Below, one piece after another: positions 21,130 through 35,645 of a stretch of DNA of 64,000 nucleotides (position 1 is its first letter; each line of letters starts with the position of its first letter). The notes beneath the pieces are model-generated. The model had not been told where the DNA came from and did no database searches. It saw only the letters and a program-made list of their open reading frames with translations. Origin of the DNA: Squalus acanthias (lineage: Eukaryota). Location of the stretch: positions 55,802,001 to 55,866,000 of the forward strand of contig CM059438.1 of assembly GCA_030390025.1 (NCBI GenBank), written 5' to 3'. Position numbers and translations under genes: made by a program.

Positions 21130-21252
21130 GGGGGACATTTTAAAAGCGGGTGATAGCGAATCGGCAGACCGTTTTACATCAATGGCAAGAAAGATTGAGA
21201 GAGATGTAAAATGGGCCGGTGATTCACTATTACACAAAGTCAAAATGACCAC
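21130..21252. mobile_element. Short palindromic MITE related to 19815-20025
   Basis: GTGATAGCGAATC...TTTTACATC / GATGTAAAAT...GATTCACTATTAC inverted arms; GGGGACATTTT / AAAATGACCAC ends. Confidence 0.5.
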
Positions 21253-22970
21253 TCTCTCCAAACTCTCTCTGCTCCTCTTTCTTTCTGTATGTCTCTCTCT
21301 CTATCTCCTGTTTCGGTTTTTCAGTCCCTCTCACTGATTCTTTCCCTCTGTATATTTGTTTCTGTATCTGTTTTTCTTGCCCTCTCTGTATCTTCGCCCT
21401 TTCCCTTCTGTTCTCTCCCTTTGTGTTTTCTTTCCTTTTCTGTGTTTCTGTATTTTGCTGGCCTGTGTTTCTCTTTTCTTCCTCTTTCTGTACCTCCGAG
21501 CCTTATCTCGCTCTCTCATAGAAACATAGAAACATAGAAGATAGGAGCAGGAGCAGGCCATTCGGCCCCTCGAGCCTGCTCCGCCATTTAATGAGATCAT
21601 GGTTGATCATCCAAATTCAGTACCCTGTCCCTGCTTTCTCCCCATATCCCTTGATCCCTTCAGCCTTCAGAAATATATCTATCACCTTCTTGAATATATT
21701 TAATGAATTGGCCTCACCTGCCTTCTGTGGTAGAGAATTCCACAGGTTCACCACTCTCTGGGTGAAGAAATTCTTCCTCATCTCAGTCCTAAATGGCTTA
21801 CCCCTTATCCTTAGACTGTGACCCCTGGTTCTGGACTCCCCGCCATCGGGAACATCCTTCCTGCATCTAGTCTGTCTAGTCCTGTTAGAATTTTATAAGT
21901 TTCAATGAGATCCCCTCTCATTCTTCGAAACTCTAGCGAATACAAGCCCAATCATCCCAATCTCTCTTCATACGTCATTCCTGCCATCCCAGGTATCAGT
22001 CTGGTGAATCTTCGCTGCACTCCCTCCATGGCAAGAACATCCTTCCTCAGATAAGGCGACCAAAACTGCACACAATACTCAAGGTGTGGTCTCACCAAGG
22101 CCGTGTACAACTGCAGCAAGACATCCTTGCTCCTGTACTCGAATCCTCTCGCTATGAAGGCCAACATACCATTTGACTTCTTAACCGCCTGCTGCACCTG
22201 CATGCTTACCTTCAACGACTGGTGCACAAGGACTCCCAGGTCTCGTTGCACTTCCCCTTTTCCCAATCTATTGCCGTTCAGATAATAATCTGCCTTCCTG
22301 TTTTTGCCACCAAAGTGGATAACCTCGCATTTCTCCACATTATACTGCATCTGCCATGCATCTGCCCAATCACCCAACTTGTCCAAATCATACTGGAGTT
22401 TCTCTGCATCCTCCTCACAACACACACGCCCACCCAGCTTTGTGTCGTCTGCAAACTTGGAGATATTACATCTAGTTCCCTCGTCTAGATCATTAATATA
22501 TATTGTGAAAAACCGGGGTCCTAGCACCGATCCCTGCAGTACCCCACTAGTCACTGCCTGCCACTCGGAAAAAGACCCGTTTATTCCAACTCTTTGCTTC
22601 CTGTCTGCCAACCAGTTCTCTATCCAAGTCAGTACCTTACCCCCAATCCCATGTACTTTAACTTTGCACGCCAATCTCTTATGCGGGACCTTATCGAAAG
22701 CCTTCTGAAAGTTCAAATACACCACATCCACTGGTTCTCCCTTATCTATTCTACCAGTTACATCCTCAAAAAATTCCAGTAGATTAGTCAAGCACGATTT
22801 ACCTTTTGTAAATCCATGTTGACTTTTTCCGATCCTGTCACTGTTTTCCAAGTGCTCTGCTATTACATCTTTTATAATGGACTCTAGCATTTTCCCCAGT
22901 ACCGATGTCAGGCTAGTGGGGTACTATAATTCCCCGTTTTCTCTCTCCCACCTTTTTTAAATAGTGGGGT

Positions 22971-25900
22971 TGTTGAGGCTGCCGCGAAACACGAATTAAG
23001 ACTGAATCCATGTGTGGGAAACAAAGGCTTTTTAATACAATTGCATGGTCCAAAATGGCTGAACAGCCTGCTCCCTGAATTCTCTGGAAAACCCTGAAGC
23101 CCCACCCACTCCTTTTCTCCTGCCTTAAAGGCAAGGTGCCTTAAAGGCAAGGTGCTCGATATATTGTCCACGGACGGAAAAGTGGATTATGCCCGTTTAG
23201 GTGGCGATCGGCCACACAGCTCCCCCCAGAATCCGCTTAGGAGGTGTGGACGAGACGGTGCGGCGGTCTGATGGGCCGGCCGGAGCGGCTCTTGTAGGAC
23301 GCCGGTGGACGTGGAACGGCCGGGCGTGGAGCCGCCGGGTGAACCGGCTTGAGGGCAGGTCGGCCGCGTGGTGGTGGACGAGCTACAGGGATCTGCTCAC
23401 CGGGCTCCGAGTGTGCTGGCTTGAGTCGGTCAACCGACACTTTTTTGGTCCTGTCGCCCACTTGCAGGGTGAAAAATTTGTCCCCAGCCTGTAGCACCTT
23501 GTAGGGCCCGTCGTACGGGGGTTGAAGGGGTCCGCGGTGGGCGTCATGCCGGACGAAAACGAACCATGCCTGGTGCAGGCTTAGTGGGACGTGTGAGGTG
23601 GATTCGCCGTGTCGGGCAATGGGCACCGGGGCGAACTGCAGCGCCGGTGAGGCGAAGTCGTGGCGTTGCTGGTCGGCTGACCAGGGTATCGTGGCGGTGG
23701 GCAGGAACTCGCCGGGTACGCGCAGCGGCTGACCATACACGAGCTGTGCTGCCGATGCGTGGAGGTCTTCTTTAACCGCGGTGCGCAGGCCGAGGAGGAC
23801 CCACGGAAGTCGGTCGGTCCAGGCGCCGTCCTGGAGGCTGGCTCGAAGAGATGCCTTCAAGGATCTGTGGAACCACTCACACAGTCCGTTGGCTTGGGGG
23901 TGGTACGCTGTGGTGCGGTGAATGGTCACCCCAAGATTGCGTGCGACGGCGGTCCAGAGTTCAGAGGTAAATTGCGGACCTCTGTCCGACGTCATGTCGG
24001 AGGGGACGCCGAACCGTGCGACCCAGGTGCTGACGAAGGCTCTGGTGATGTCGGCGGTGGTGGTAGAGGTCAGTGGAATTGCCTCGGGCCAGCGCGTGGT
24101 GCGGTCAACGATCGTCAGCAAGTGCGTGTGGCCTTGCGACGGCGGCAGGGGCCCGAAGATGTCCACGTGGATGTGGTCGAATCTCCGCGAGGGGACGGTA
24201 AACTCCTCGAGGGGTGCTTTCGTGTGTTGCTGTACCTTGGCCCGTTGGAAGGCTAGGCAGGAGTTGGCCCAAGTACGCACATCCTTGCGAAGGCCGCGCC
24301 AGACAAAGCGGTTGGCTACCAATTTGATGGATGCGCGGGTGGGAGAGGTTGTGGAGAATGTCGAATACCCGGCGGCGCCAGGGCGCTGGGACGACGGGTC
24401 GAGGTTGACATAGGGATATGTCGCACTTGACCGTGACTGCGGTCAGGCCACAGGCGACGTCGGCCAGGCATAGCCTTGGTAGGTTGGTAGGTGCGGAGAG
24501 CAGATCAGGGTCGGTGATCTGGTCTGCTGCGAGTTGAGCGTAGTCGACTGCCAGTTGTGCGGCGTGGATGGCGGGGCGGAAGAGGCAGTCGGCTACCACA
24601 TTGTCTCGGCCGGAGACGTGTTGGATGTCCGTGGTGAACTCGGACACTGCCGCGAGCTGGCGCTGCTGCCTGGCGGACCAGGGGTCGGTTGTCTTTGCCA
24701 TTGCAAATGTCAGGGGCTTGTGGTCGACAAACGCAGTGAAGGGGTGGCCCTCAAGCAAAAACCGAAAATGGCGGACCGCCAGGAACAGCGCGAGGAGCTC
24801 GCGGTCGAAGGTGCTGTACTTGACCTCCGGGGGGCGTAGTTGGCGGCTGAAGAAGGCAAGTGGTTGCCAGGCGCCGTCGACCCACTGCTCATACATGGCG
24901 CCGACCGCGTGGTCGGATGCGTCCATGGTGAGCGCTACCCTGGCATTGGGCCGTGGGTGCGCGAGCAGGGTGGCGTTGGTGAGCGCGGTCTTGGTGTAGT
25001 CGAAGGCGGCGGACGCGTCTGCCGTCCATTCGACCGCCATCTTGCCGCTCCTGCCCCAGAGGGCTTCCTACAGGGGCCTCATGAGGGACGCCGCTTTGGG
25101 GATGAAGCGGTTATAGAAATTCACCATCCTGAAGAACTCCTGGAGGCCTTTGATGGTGGTGGGGCGGGGAAATTGTTGGATGGCCTGCACCTTGGTGGGC
25201 AGGGGAATGGCCCCAGCATGGGTGATGTGGTGGCCGAGGAAGTCGATCTTGTCCAGGCCGAACTGGCATTTGGCTGGGTTGAGGATGAGCCCGTGGTCTC
25301 TGAGGCGCCCGAACAGGATGCGAAGGTGTTCGAGGTGTTCCTGCTTGGAGGAACTGGCTACCAGGATGTCGTCCAGGTAGACGAACAGGAACTTCAGGTC
25401 CCGAAGGACTGAGTCCATGAGCCGTTTGAATGCCTGGGCCGCGTTTTTGAGGCCGAAGGGCATCTGCAGGAACTTGAACAGGCCGAAGGGGTTGATTACG
25501 GCCGTCTTGGGGACGTCCGCGGGGTGGACGGGGACTTGGTGGTAGCCGCGCACCACGTCGACCTTGGAAAAGACTGAGCGGCTGGCCAGTCTAGCCGAGA
25601 AGTCCTGAATGTGCGGCACGGGGTACCGATCAGGGGTGGTGGCGTCGTTGAGGCGGCGGTAATCCCCGCAGGGGCGCCAACCCCCGCCTGGTTTGGGGGC
25701 GATGTGGAGTGGGGAGGCCCAGGGACTGTTGGAGCGGCGGATGATGCCGAGCTGTTCCATGGTGGCAAACTCGGTCCGCACGATCTCCAGTTTGGCCGGG
25801 TCCAGCCTGCGGGCGTGGGCGTACACTGGGGGGTCTGTGGTGGGGATGAAGTGTTCCACCCCGTGTTTGGCGGCCTCCGCGGAGAAGGTCGGTTTGGTAA

Positions 25901-27327
25901 GGGCCGGGAATTCGGCCAGGAGTGCCGAGAAGTCATCCGTGGCCCGGGTGTGGCACTGTGACGCCATGTCGGCGGGTTGACGGGGGGCCATGGCGCCCAG
26001 GATGGGGGACATGGTGTTCATGTCCACGAGGCAGTGACGAGGGATGTCTACCAGTAGGCCGTGGGCGCACAGGAAATCTGCGCCGATGAGAGGGGAGTCA
26101 CCTTGGCAGTGATGAACTCCCATCGGTAGCGGCGACCAGCGAGGTCGAGGGTGACTGTCCGGGTGCCGTACGTCCGGATTTTCGAGCCGTTAGCAGCAGC
26201 CAGCGCCGGTCCTCGTTTGCCCTTTTGGATGTCGAGGGAGGAGTCCGGGATGATGCTGTGCCGAGCTCCAGTGTCGCACAGGAACCGGCGGCCGGTTTTG
26301 TCATCCGTGACGTACAGCAGGGAGCCCGCATGGCCCACAGCCATCGCGGGGGCTGGTACGGGGGCGGACTTGAAAGAGCAGGGAGGTGTGCACCGTTATG
26401 CCCTGGCGCCCAACCGTGCGTGGTAGTAACAGTGGCCCGGGTTAGTGGGGCGCGAGGGCCCCGTGGGCCTGGTGGCTGGTCCTTGTAGCCGCGTGGTGGC
26501 CGGTGAGGGGCGCGCCCAGGCATTGGCTGCCAGGTCCGGAGTGACGTCGCGGCTGGAGTGAGCGGACAGCAGCTTGTCGGCCTCATCGGCCAGGGCTTCC
26601 AGGTTCGTGAGGCCGGACGCCACGATCGCTGGGCGGATGCTGAGAGGGAGCTGGCGGATGAACAGCGTGCGGAAGAGGGATCCCGGTGGGCTCTCGTCGG
26701 TGAGGGAGAGCATGTGGGAGAGGAGGTCTGACGGTGAGGCATCACTGAGGCCTGGAAGGTCGAGGAGGTGGCAGTTTCGCTGATATGTCGAGGCCGTAAA
26801 TTTTTTAAGGAGCGCTGCCTTCAGATGTGCATACTTGCCTTCCTCTGGTGGGTTCTGCAGTGCTGTCCAAACCGTTGAAACTGTGGCGCTACCGAGTGAT
26901 GTGACGAGGTAGTCGTACTGCGTCCCATCTGTGGTGATGTTTTGCAGCCGGAAGCGGGATTCAGCTTGGAGAAACCAGGCTTCGGGCTGGTTTTCCCAAA
27001 ACTCCGGCAGTTTCACGGAAACTGCGTTCGTGTCCGCCATTGCAGTGCTCGGAATACGTTCTGAGCGTCGGGGTCACCAATGTTGAGGCTGCCGCGAAAC
27101 ATGAATTAAGACTGAATCCATGTGTGGGAAACAAAGGCTTTTCAATACAACTGCTTGGTCCAAAATTGCTGAACAGCCTGCTCCCAGAATTCTCTGGAAA
27201 AACCCTGAGGCTCCGCCCACTCCTTTTCTCCTGCCTTAAAGGCAAGGTGCCTTAAAGGCAAGGTGCTCGATATATTGTCCACGGACGGAAAAGTGGATAA
27301 TGCCCGTTTAGGTGGCGATCCGCCACA
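22971..27327 (-). mobile_element. Ty3/Gypsy LTR retrotransposon, CsRn1/Kabuki-like clade, full length but decayed
   Basis: LTRs 27081-27327 and 22971-23216 (~11 substitutions plus 1 indel by eye); TSD GGGT (22967-22970, 27328-27331); tRNA-Trp PBS TGGTGACCCCGACG (27066-27079); PPT GGGGGGAG near 23220-23227. Confidence 0.93.
23237..27040 (-). pseudogene. Gypsy gag-pol (Gag, PR, RT, RNase H, IN) with stops and frameshifts
   Basis: Gag KLPEFWENQPEAWF and CHCC-type knuckle CYYH...; PR LCDTGA; RT YLDD; RNase H MDAS...DRELLA...VDHKPL; IN HVDIFGPL...SDRGPQF...GPY; split across five ORFs. Confidence 0.9.
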
Positions 27328-28154
27328 GGGTTACATTAGCTACCCTCCAATCCATGGGTACTGTTCCAGAGTCTATAGAATTTTGGAAGATGACCAGCAA
27401 TGCATCTACTATTTCTAGGGCCACTTCCTTAAGTACCCTAGAATGTAGATTATCAGGCCCTGGGGATTTATCGGCCTTCAATCCCATCAATTTCCCTAAC
27501 ACCATTTCCCTACAAATACTGATTTCATTCAGTTCTTCCCTTTCATTAGACCCTATGTTCCCCGACATCTCTGGAAGGTTATTTGTGTCCTCCTTTGTGA
27601 AGACAGAACCAAAGTATGTATTTAATTGGTCTGCCATTTCTTTGTTCCCCATTATAAATTCCCCTGATTCTGACTGCAAGGGACCTACGCTTGACTTCAC
27701 CAATCTTTTTCTCTTCACATATCTAGAGAAGCTTTTACCGTCAGTTTTTATGTTCCCTGCAAGCTTACTCTCATACTCTATTTTCCCCCTCTCATTCTCA
27801 ATCTGTCGCAGTATCTCTATCCAGCTCCCCCTCTCTCTGTCTCCTGTTTCCCACCCTCTGATCTTCGTTCCCGTGTTTGGTTCCTCCCCCTTCCTCCCCC
27901 TCTTCTTCGGTCTTTTATTCCACATGTGCACCGTCTGCTCCTTCCTTCTCTCTCTGTCTGTCTCCTTCCCTCTATCCTCTGCTCTGCCCATCTCTAGCAC
28001 TCCCCTCACTCCTTTTACTTCCCAATTTGTCCTTCAGTCTCAATTTGACTTTTTCAACCTCTATGTGCAGGGGAGAGTTTGACCGGGGGCGTGGGGGAGA
28101 GGGTGGGGGAGTTTGACGTACGGGAGTTTGGCAGGGGGCGGGGGGGAGAATGTC

Positions 28155-31100
28155 AGTGATTCACAATCGGAGAAATCACAGGGGGCGGAGATCACAGTGG
28201 GGAAAATCATGGGGGGAGATCACAGAGGGGGAGATTCACGGGGGGAGATCACAGCGGGGGGAGATTCACGGGGGGGGGGAGATTCACAGGGGGGGGGGGA
28301 GATTCACGGGGGAGGGGGAGATTCATGGGGAGGGAGATTCACCGGGGGGGAGATTCACGGGGAGGGAGATTCACCGGGGGGGAGATTCACGGGGAGGGAG
28401 ATTCACGGGGGGAGATTCACCGGGGGGGAGATTCATGGGGGAGGGAGATTCACGGGGGGGGGGGGAGATTCACGGGGGGGATTCACTGGGGTGGGGGGGA
28501 GATTCACGGGGGGGGGGGAGATTCAACGGGGGGAGATTCACTGGGGGGGGGGGAGATTCACGGCGGGGGGGGGGAGATTCACCGGGGGGGGAGAGTCACG
28601 GGGGGGGGGGGGGAGATTCACGGGGGGAGATTCACGGGGGGGGGGGGGGTGATTCACGGGGGGGGTGTGATTCACGGGGGGGGAGATTCACAGGGGGAGA
28701 TTCACGGGGGAGGGAGATTCACGGGGGGGGAGATTCACAGGGGGAGATTCACGGGGGGGGGGAGATTCACTGGGGGGGGGAGATTCACGGGGGGGGGGGA
28801 TTCACGGGGGGAGATTCACAGGGGGAGATTCACGGGGGGGGAGATTCACAGGGGGAGATTCACGGGGGGGAGATTCACGGGGGGGGAGATTCACAGGGGG
28901 AGATTCACGGGGGAGGGAGATTCACGGGGGGGGATTCATGGGGGGGGAGATTCACAGGGGCGGGAGATTCACAGGGGGAGATTCAAGGGGGGGAGATTCA
29001 CGGGTGGGAGATTCACAGGGGGAGATTCACGGGGGGGAAATTCACAGGGGGAGATTCACGGGGGGGAGATTCACGGGGGGGAGATTCACGGGGGGGGGGG
29101 GTGATTCACGGGGGGAGATTCACGGGGGGGGTGATTCACGGTGGGGGAGATTCACGGGGGGGGGTGATTCACGGGGGGGAGATTCACGGGGGGAGATTCA
29201 CGGGGGGGGGGTGATTCACGGGGTGGAGATTCATGGGGGGGGAGATTCACGGGGGGGGGAGATTCACGGGGGGGTTGATTCTCGGGGGGAGATTCACGGG
29301 GGGTGATTCACGGGGGGGAGATTCACGGGGGGGGAGATTCACGGGGGGGGGGGTGATTCACGGGGGGGGTAATTCACGGGGGGGTGATTCACGGGGGGGT
29401 TGATTCACGGGGGGGTTGATTAACGGGGGGGGGAGATTCACAGGGGGAGATTCACAGGGGGAGATTCACGGGGGGGAGATTCACGGGGGGGGAGATTCAC
29501 GGGGGGGGTGATTCACGGGGGGTTGTGATTCACGGGGGGGAGATTCACGGGGGGTGATTCACGGGGGGGAGATTCACGGGGGGTGATTCACGGGGGGGGT
29601 GATTCACGGGGGGGACATTCACGGGGAGTGATTCACGGGGGGGGAGATTCACGGGGGGGAGATTCACGGAGGGTGATTCACGGGGGGGAGATTCACGGGG
29701 GGTGATTCACGGGGGGGAGATTCACGGGGGGTGATTCACGGGGGGGGAGATTCACGGGGGGAGATTCACGGGGGGGGAGATTCACGGGGGGGGGGGGGAG
29801 ATTCACCGGGGGGAGATTCACTGGGGGGGGGGGGGAGATTCACGGCGGGGGGGGGAGATTCACCGGGGGGGAGAGTCACGGGGGGGGGAGATTCACCGGG
29901 GGGGAGAGTCACGGGGGGGGGGGAGATTCACGGGGGGAGATTCACTGGGGGGGTGATTCACGGGGTGGAGATTCACGGGGGGGGAGATTCACGGGGGGGG
30001 GGGGGGTGATTCACGGGGGGGTGATTCACGGGGGGGAGATTCACGGGGGGGAGATTCACGGGGGGGGGGGGTGATTCATGGGGGGGAGATTCACGGGGGG
30101 TGATTCACGGGGGGGAGATTCACGGGGGGGGGGAGATTCTCGGGGGGGGTGATTCACGGGGGGTGTGATTCACGGTGGGGGGGAGATTCACAGTGGGAGA
30201 TTCACAGGGGGAGATTCACGGGGGGGGAGATTCACGGGGGGGGGTGATTCACGGGGGGGCGGTGATTCACGGGGGGGAGATTCACGGGGGGAGATTCACG
30301 GGGGGGGGAGATTCACGGGGGGTGATTCACGGGGGGGGTGATTCACGGGGGGGGTGATTCACGGGGGGGGAGATTCACGGGGGGGGTGATTCACGGGGGG
30401 AGATTCACGGGGGGGAGATTCACGGGGGGGGAGATTCACGGGGGGGGGGAGATTCACGGGGGGGAGATTCACAGGGGGAGATTCACGGGGGGGAGATTCA
30501 CAGGGGGAGATTCACGGGGGGGAGATTCACGGGGGGGAGATTCACGGGGGGGGGGGTGATTCACAGGGGGAGATTCACGGGGGGGGTGATTCACGGTGGG
30601 GGAGATTCACGGGGGGGGGTGATTCACGGGGGGGAGATTCACGGGGGGGAGATTCACGGGGGGGTGATTCACGGGGTGGAGATTCATGGGGGGGGAGATT
30701 CACGGGGGGGGGGAGATTCACGGGGGACTTGATTCTCGGGGGGAGATTCACGGGGGGTGATTCACGGGGGGGAGATTCACGGGGGGGGAGATTCACGGGG
30801 GGGGTGATTCACGGGGGGGGTAATTCACGGGGGGGGTGATTCACGGGGGGGTTGATTCACGGGGGGGTTGATTCACGGGGGGGGGGAGATTCACAGGGGA
30901 GATTCACAGGGGGAGATTCACGGGGGGGAGATTCACGGGGGGGGAGATTCACGGGGGGGGGGGTGATTCACGGGGGGGGTGTGATTCACGGGGGGGAGAT
31001 TCACGGGGGGTGATTCACGGGGGGGAGATTCACGGGGGGTGATTCACGGGGGGGGGTGATTCACGGGGGGGACATTCACGGGGAGTGATTCACGGGGGGG

Positions 31101-34100
31101 GAGATTCACGGGGGGGAGATTCACGGAGGGTGATTCACGGGGGGGAGATTCACGGGGGGTGATTCACGGGGGGGAGATTCACGGGGGGTGATTCACGGGG
31201 GGGGGAGATTCACGGGGGGAGATTCACGGGGGGGGGAGATTCACGGGAGGGGGGAGATTCACCGGGGGGAGATTCACTGGGGGGGGGGGGAGATTCACGG
31301 CGGGGGGGGGAGATTCACCGGGGGGGAGAGTCACGGGGGGGGGAGATTCACCGGGGGGGAGAGTCACGGGGGTGGGGAGATTCACGGGGGGAGATTCACT
31401 GGGGGGGGGGGGGTGATTCACGGTGGGGGAGATTCACAGGGGAAGATTCACGGGGGAGGGAGATTCACGGGGTGGGATATTCACAGGGGGAGATTCACGG
31501 GGGGGGGGAGATTCACTGGGGGGGGGAGATTCACGGGGGGGGATTCACGGGGGGGGAGATTCACAGGGGGAGATTCACGGGGGGGGAGATTCACGGGGGG
31601 GGAGATTCACGGGGGGGGAGATTCACAGGGGGAGATTCACGGGGGAGGGAGATTCACGGGGGGGGGATTCATGGGGGGGGAGATTCACAGGGGGGGGAGA
31701 TTCACGGGGGGTGGGATTCATGCGGGGGGGAGATTCACAGGGGGGGAGATTCACAGGGGGAGATTCACGGGGGGAGATTCACGGGGGGGGAATTCACAGG
31801 GGGAGATTCACGGGGGGAGATTCACGGGGGGTGGAGATTCACGGGGGGGGGGTGATTCACGGTGGGGGAGATTCACGGGCGGGGGTGATTCACGGGGGGA
31901 GATTCACGGGGGGGGTGATTCACGGTGGGGGAGATTCACGGGGGGGATTCACTGGGGGGGGGGGAGATTCACGGGGGGGGGGAGATTCAACGGGGGGAGA
32001 TTCACTGGGGGGGGTGGAGATTCACGGCGGGGGGGGGGAGATTCACTGGGGGGGGAGAGTCACGGGGTGGGGGGAGATTCACGGGGGGAGATTCACGGGG
32101 GGGGGGGGTGATTCACGGGGGGGTGTGATTCAAGGGGGGGGGGAGATTCACATTGGGAGATTCACAGGGGAGGGAGATTCACGGGGGGGGAGATTCACAG
32201 GGGGAGATTCACGGGGGGGGGAGATTCACTGGGGGGGAGATTCACGGGGGGGGGGATTCACAGGGGGAGATTCACGGGGGGGGAGATTCACAGGGGGAGA
32301 TTCACGGGGGGGAGATTCACGGGGGGGGGAGATTCACAGGGGGAGATTCACGGGGGAGGGAGATTCACAGGGGGGGGAGATTCACAGGGGGAGATTCACG
32401 GGGGGGAGATTCACAGGGGGAGATTCACGGGGGGGAGATTCACGGGGGGGGGAGATTCACAGGGGGAGATTCACGGGGGAGGGAGATTCACGGGGGGGGA
32501 TTCATGGGGGGGGAGATTCACAGGGGGGGGAGATTCACAGGGGGAGATTCAAGGGGGGGAGATTCACGGGTGGGGAGATTCACAGGGGGAGATTCACGGG
32601 GGGGAGATTCACAGGGGGAGATTCACGGGGGGGGGGGGGTGATTCACGGTGGGGGAGATTCACGGGGGGGATTCACTGGGGGGGGGGGAGATTCACGGGG
32701 GGGGGGGAGATTCAACGGGGGGAGATTCACTGGGGGGGGGTGGAGATTCACGGCGGGGGGGGGAGATTCACTGGTGGGGGAGAGTCACGGGGGGGGGGGG
32801 AGATTCACGGGGGGAGATTCACGGGGGGGGGGGGGTGATTCACGGGGGGGGTGTGATTCACGGGGGGGGGAGATTCACATTGGGAGATTCACGGGGGAGG
32901 GAGATTCACGGGGGGGGAGATTCACAGGGGGAGATTCACGGGGGGGGAGATTCACTGGGGGGGGAGATTCACGGGGGGGGGGATTCACAGGGGGAGATTC
33001 ACGGGGGGGGAGATTCACATTGGGAGATTCACAGGGGAGGGAGATTCACGGGGGGGGAGATTCACAGGGGGAGATTCACGGGGGGGGGAGATTCACTGGG
33101 GGGGAGGATTCACGGGGGGGGGGATTCACAGGGGAGATTCACGGGGGGGGAGATTCACAGGGGGAGATTCACGGGGGGGAGATTCACGGGGGGGGGAGAT
33201 TCACAGGGGAGATTCACGGGGGAGGGAGATTCACAGGGGGGGGAGATTCACAGGGGGAGATTCACGGGGGGGGAGATTCACAGGGGGAGATTCACGGGGG
33301 GGAGATTCACGGGGGGGGGAGATTCACAGGGGGAGATTCACGGGGGAGGGAGATTCACGGGGGGGGATTCATGGGGGGGGAGATTCACAGGGGGGGGAGA
33401 TTCACAGGGGGAGATTCAAGGGGGGGAGATTCACGGGTGGGGAGATTCACAGGGGGAGATTCACGGGGGGAGATTCACAGGGGGAGATTCACGGGGGGGG
33501 GGGGTGATTCACGGTGGGGGAGATTCACGGGGGGGATTCACTGGGGGGGGGGAGATTCACGGGGGGGGGGGAGATTCAACGGGGGGAGATTCACTGGGGG
33601 GGGGTGGAGATTCACGGCGGGGGGGGGAGATTCACTGGTGGGGGAGAGTCACGGGGGGGGGGGAGATTCACGGGGGGAGATTCACGGGGGGGGGGGGGTG
33701 ATTCACGGGGGGGGTGTGATTCACGGGGGGGGGAGATTCACATTGGGAGATTCACGGGGGAGGGAGATTCACGGGGGGGGAGATTCACAGGGGGAGATTC
33801 ACGGGGGGGGGAGATTCACTGGGGGGGGAGATTCACGGGGGGGGGGGATTCACAGGGGGAGATTCACGGGGGGGGAGATTCACAGGGGGAGATTCACGGG
33901 GGGGAGATTCACGGGGGGGGAGATTCACAGGGGGAGATTCACGGGGGAGGGAGATTCACAGGGGGGGGAGATTCACAGGGGGAGATTCACGGGGGGGGAG
34001 ATTCACAGGGGGAGATTCACGGGGGGGAGATTCACGGGGGGGGAGATTCACAGGGGGAGATTCACGGGGGAGGGAGATTCACGGGGGGGGATTCATGGGG

Positions 34101-35145
34101 GGGGGGAGATTCACAGGGGGGGGAGATTCACAGGGGGAGATTCAAGGGGGGGAGATTCACGGGTGGGGAGATTCACAGGGGGAGATTCACGGGGGGGGAG
34201 ATTCACAGGGGGAGATTCACGGGGGGGAGATTCACGGGGGGGAGATTCACGGGGGGGGGTGATTCACGGGGGGAGATTCACGGGGGGGGGTGATTCACGG
34301 TGGGGGAGATTCACGGGGGGGGTGATTCACGGGGGGGAGATTCACGGGGGGGAGATTCACGGGGGGGGGGGGTGATTCACGGGGTGGAGATTCATGGGGG
34401 GGGAAATTCACGGGGGGGGTGATTCACGGGGGGGGGGGTGATTCACGGGGGGGAGATTCACGGGGGGGGAGATTCACGGGGTGGTTGATTCTCGGGGGGA
34501 GATTCACGGGGGGGGGGAGATTCACGGGGGGGGGGTGATTCACGGGGGGGGTAATTCACGGGGGGGTGATTCACGGGGGGGGTTGATTCACGGTGGGGGA
34601 GATTCACAGGGGGAGATTCACAGGGGGAGATTCACGGGGGGGAGATTCACGGGGGGGGAGATTCATGGGGGGGGTGATTCACGGGGGGGTGTGATTCACG
34701 GGGGGGAGATTCACGGGGGGGTGATTCACGGGGGGGAGATTCACGGGGGGTGATTCACGGGGGGGGGTGATTCACGGGGGGGAGATTCGCGGGGGGGGAT
34801 TCACGGGGGGGAGATTCCCCGGGTGTGATTCACGGGGGGGGAGATTCACGGGGGGGGGGAGATTCACCGGGGGAGATTCACTGGGGGGGGGGGGAGATTC
34901 ACGGCGGGGGGGGGGAGATTCACCGGGGGGGAGAGTCACGGGGGGGGGGGAGATTCACGGGGGGAGATTCACGGGGGGGGGGTGATTCACGGGGGGGGGG
35001 AGATTCACAGGGGGAGATTCACGGGGGAGGGAGATTCACGGGGTGGGAGATTCACAGGGGGAGATTCACGGGGGGGGGGGAGATTCACTGGGGGGGGGAG
35101 ATTCACGGGGGGGGGATTCACTGGGGGGGAGATTCACAGGGGGAG
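28155..35145 (+). repeat. G-rich satellite (GATTCAC-Gn-A/T)n, ~14-17-bp unit
   Basis: Several hundred units with variable G-run length; runs into the assembly gap. Confidence 0.95.
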
Positions 35146-35645
35146 NNNNNNNNNNNNNNNNNNNNNNNNNNNNNNNNNNNNNNNNNNNNNNNNNNNNNNN
35201 NNNNNNNNNNNNNNNNNNNNNNNNNNNNNNNNNNNNNNNNNNNNNNNNNNNNNNNNNNNNNNNNNNNNNNNNNNNNNNNNNNNNNNNNNNNNNNNNNNNN
35301 NNNNNNNNNNNNNNNNNNNNNNNNNNNNNNNNNNNNNNNNNNNNNNNNNNNNNNNNNNNNNNNNNNNNNNNNNNNNNNNNNNNNNNNNNNNNNNNNNNNN
35401 NNNNNNNNNNNNNNNNNNNNNNNNNNNNNNNNNNNNNNNNNNNNNNNNNNNNNNNNNNNNNNNNNNNNNNNNNNNNNNNNNNNNNNNNNNNNNNNNNNNN
35501 NNNNNNNNNNNNNNNNNNNNNNNNNNNNNNNNNNNNNNNNNNNNNNNNNNNNNNNNNNNNNNNNNNNNNNNNNNNNNNNNNNNNNNNNNNNNNNNNNNNN
35601 NNNNNNNNNNNNNNNNNNNNNNNNNNNNNNNNNNNNNNNNNNNNN
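35146..35645. other. Assembly gap (500 N)
   Basis: Run of N between two different satellites. Confidence 1.

Larger units (their letters stand above)
21517..27790 (-). mobile_element. CR1 LINE, 5'-truncated (RT and 3' UTR), interrupted by the Gypsy element
   Basis: ORFs 21952-22890 and 27308-27790 with [47 protein letters not shown]; (CATAGAAA)n tail at 21517. Confidence 0.93.

Noticed and set aside
28113..35145. Long RGG/Gly-rich ORFs
   Set aside because: Satellite artefacts; frames switch with homopolymer length
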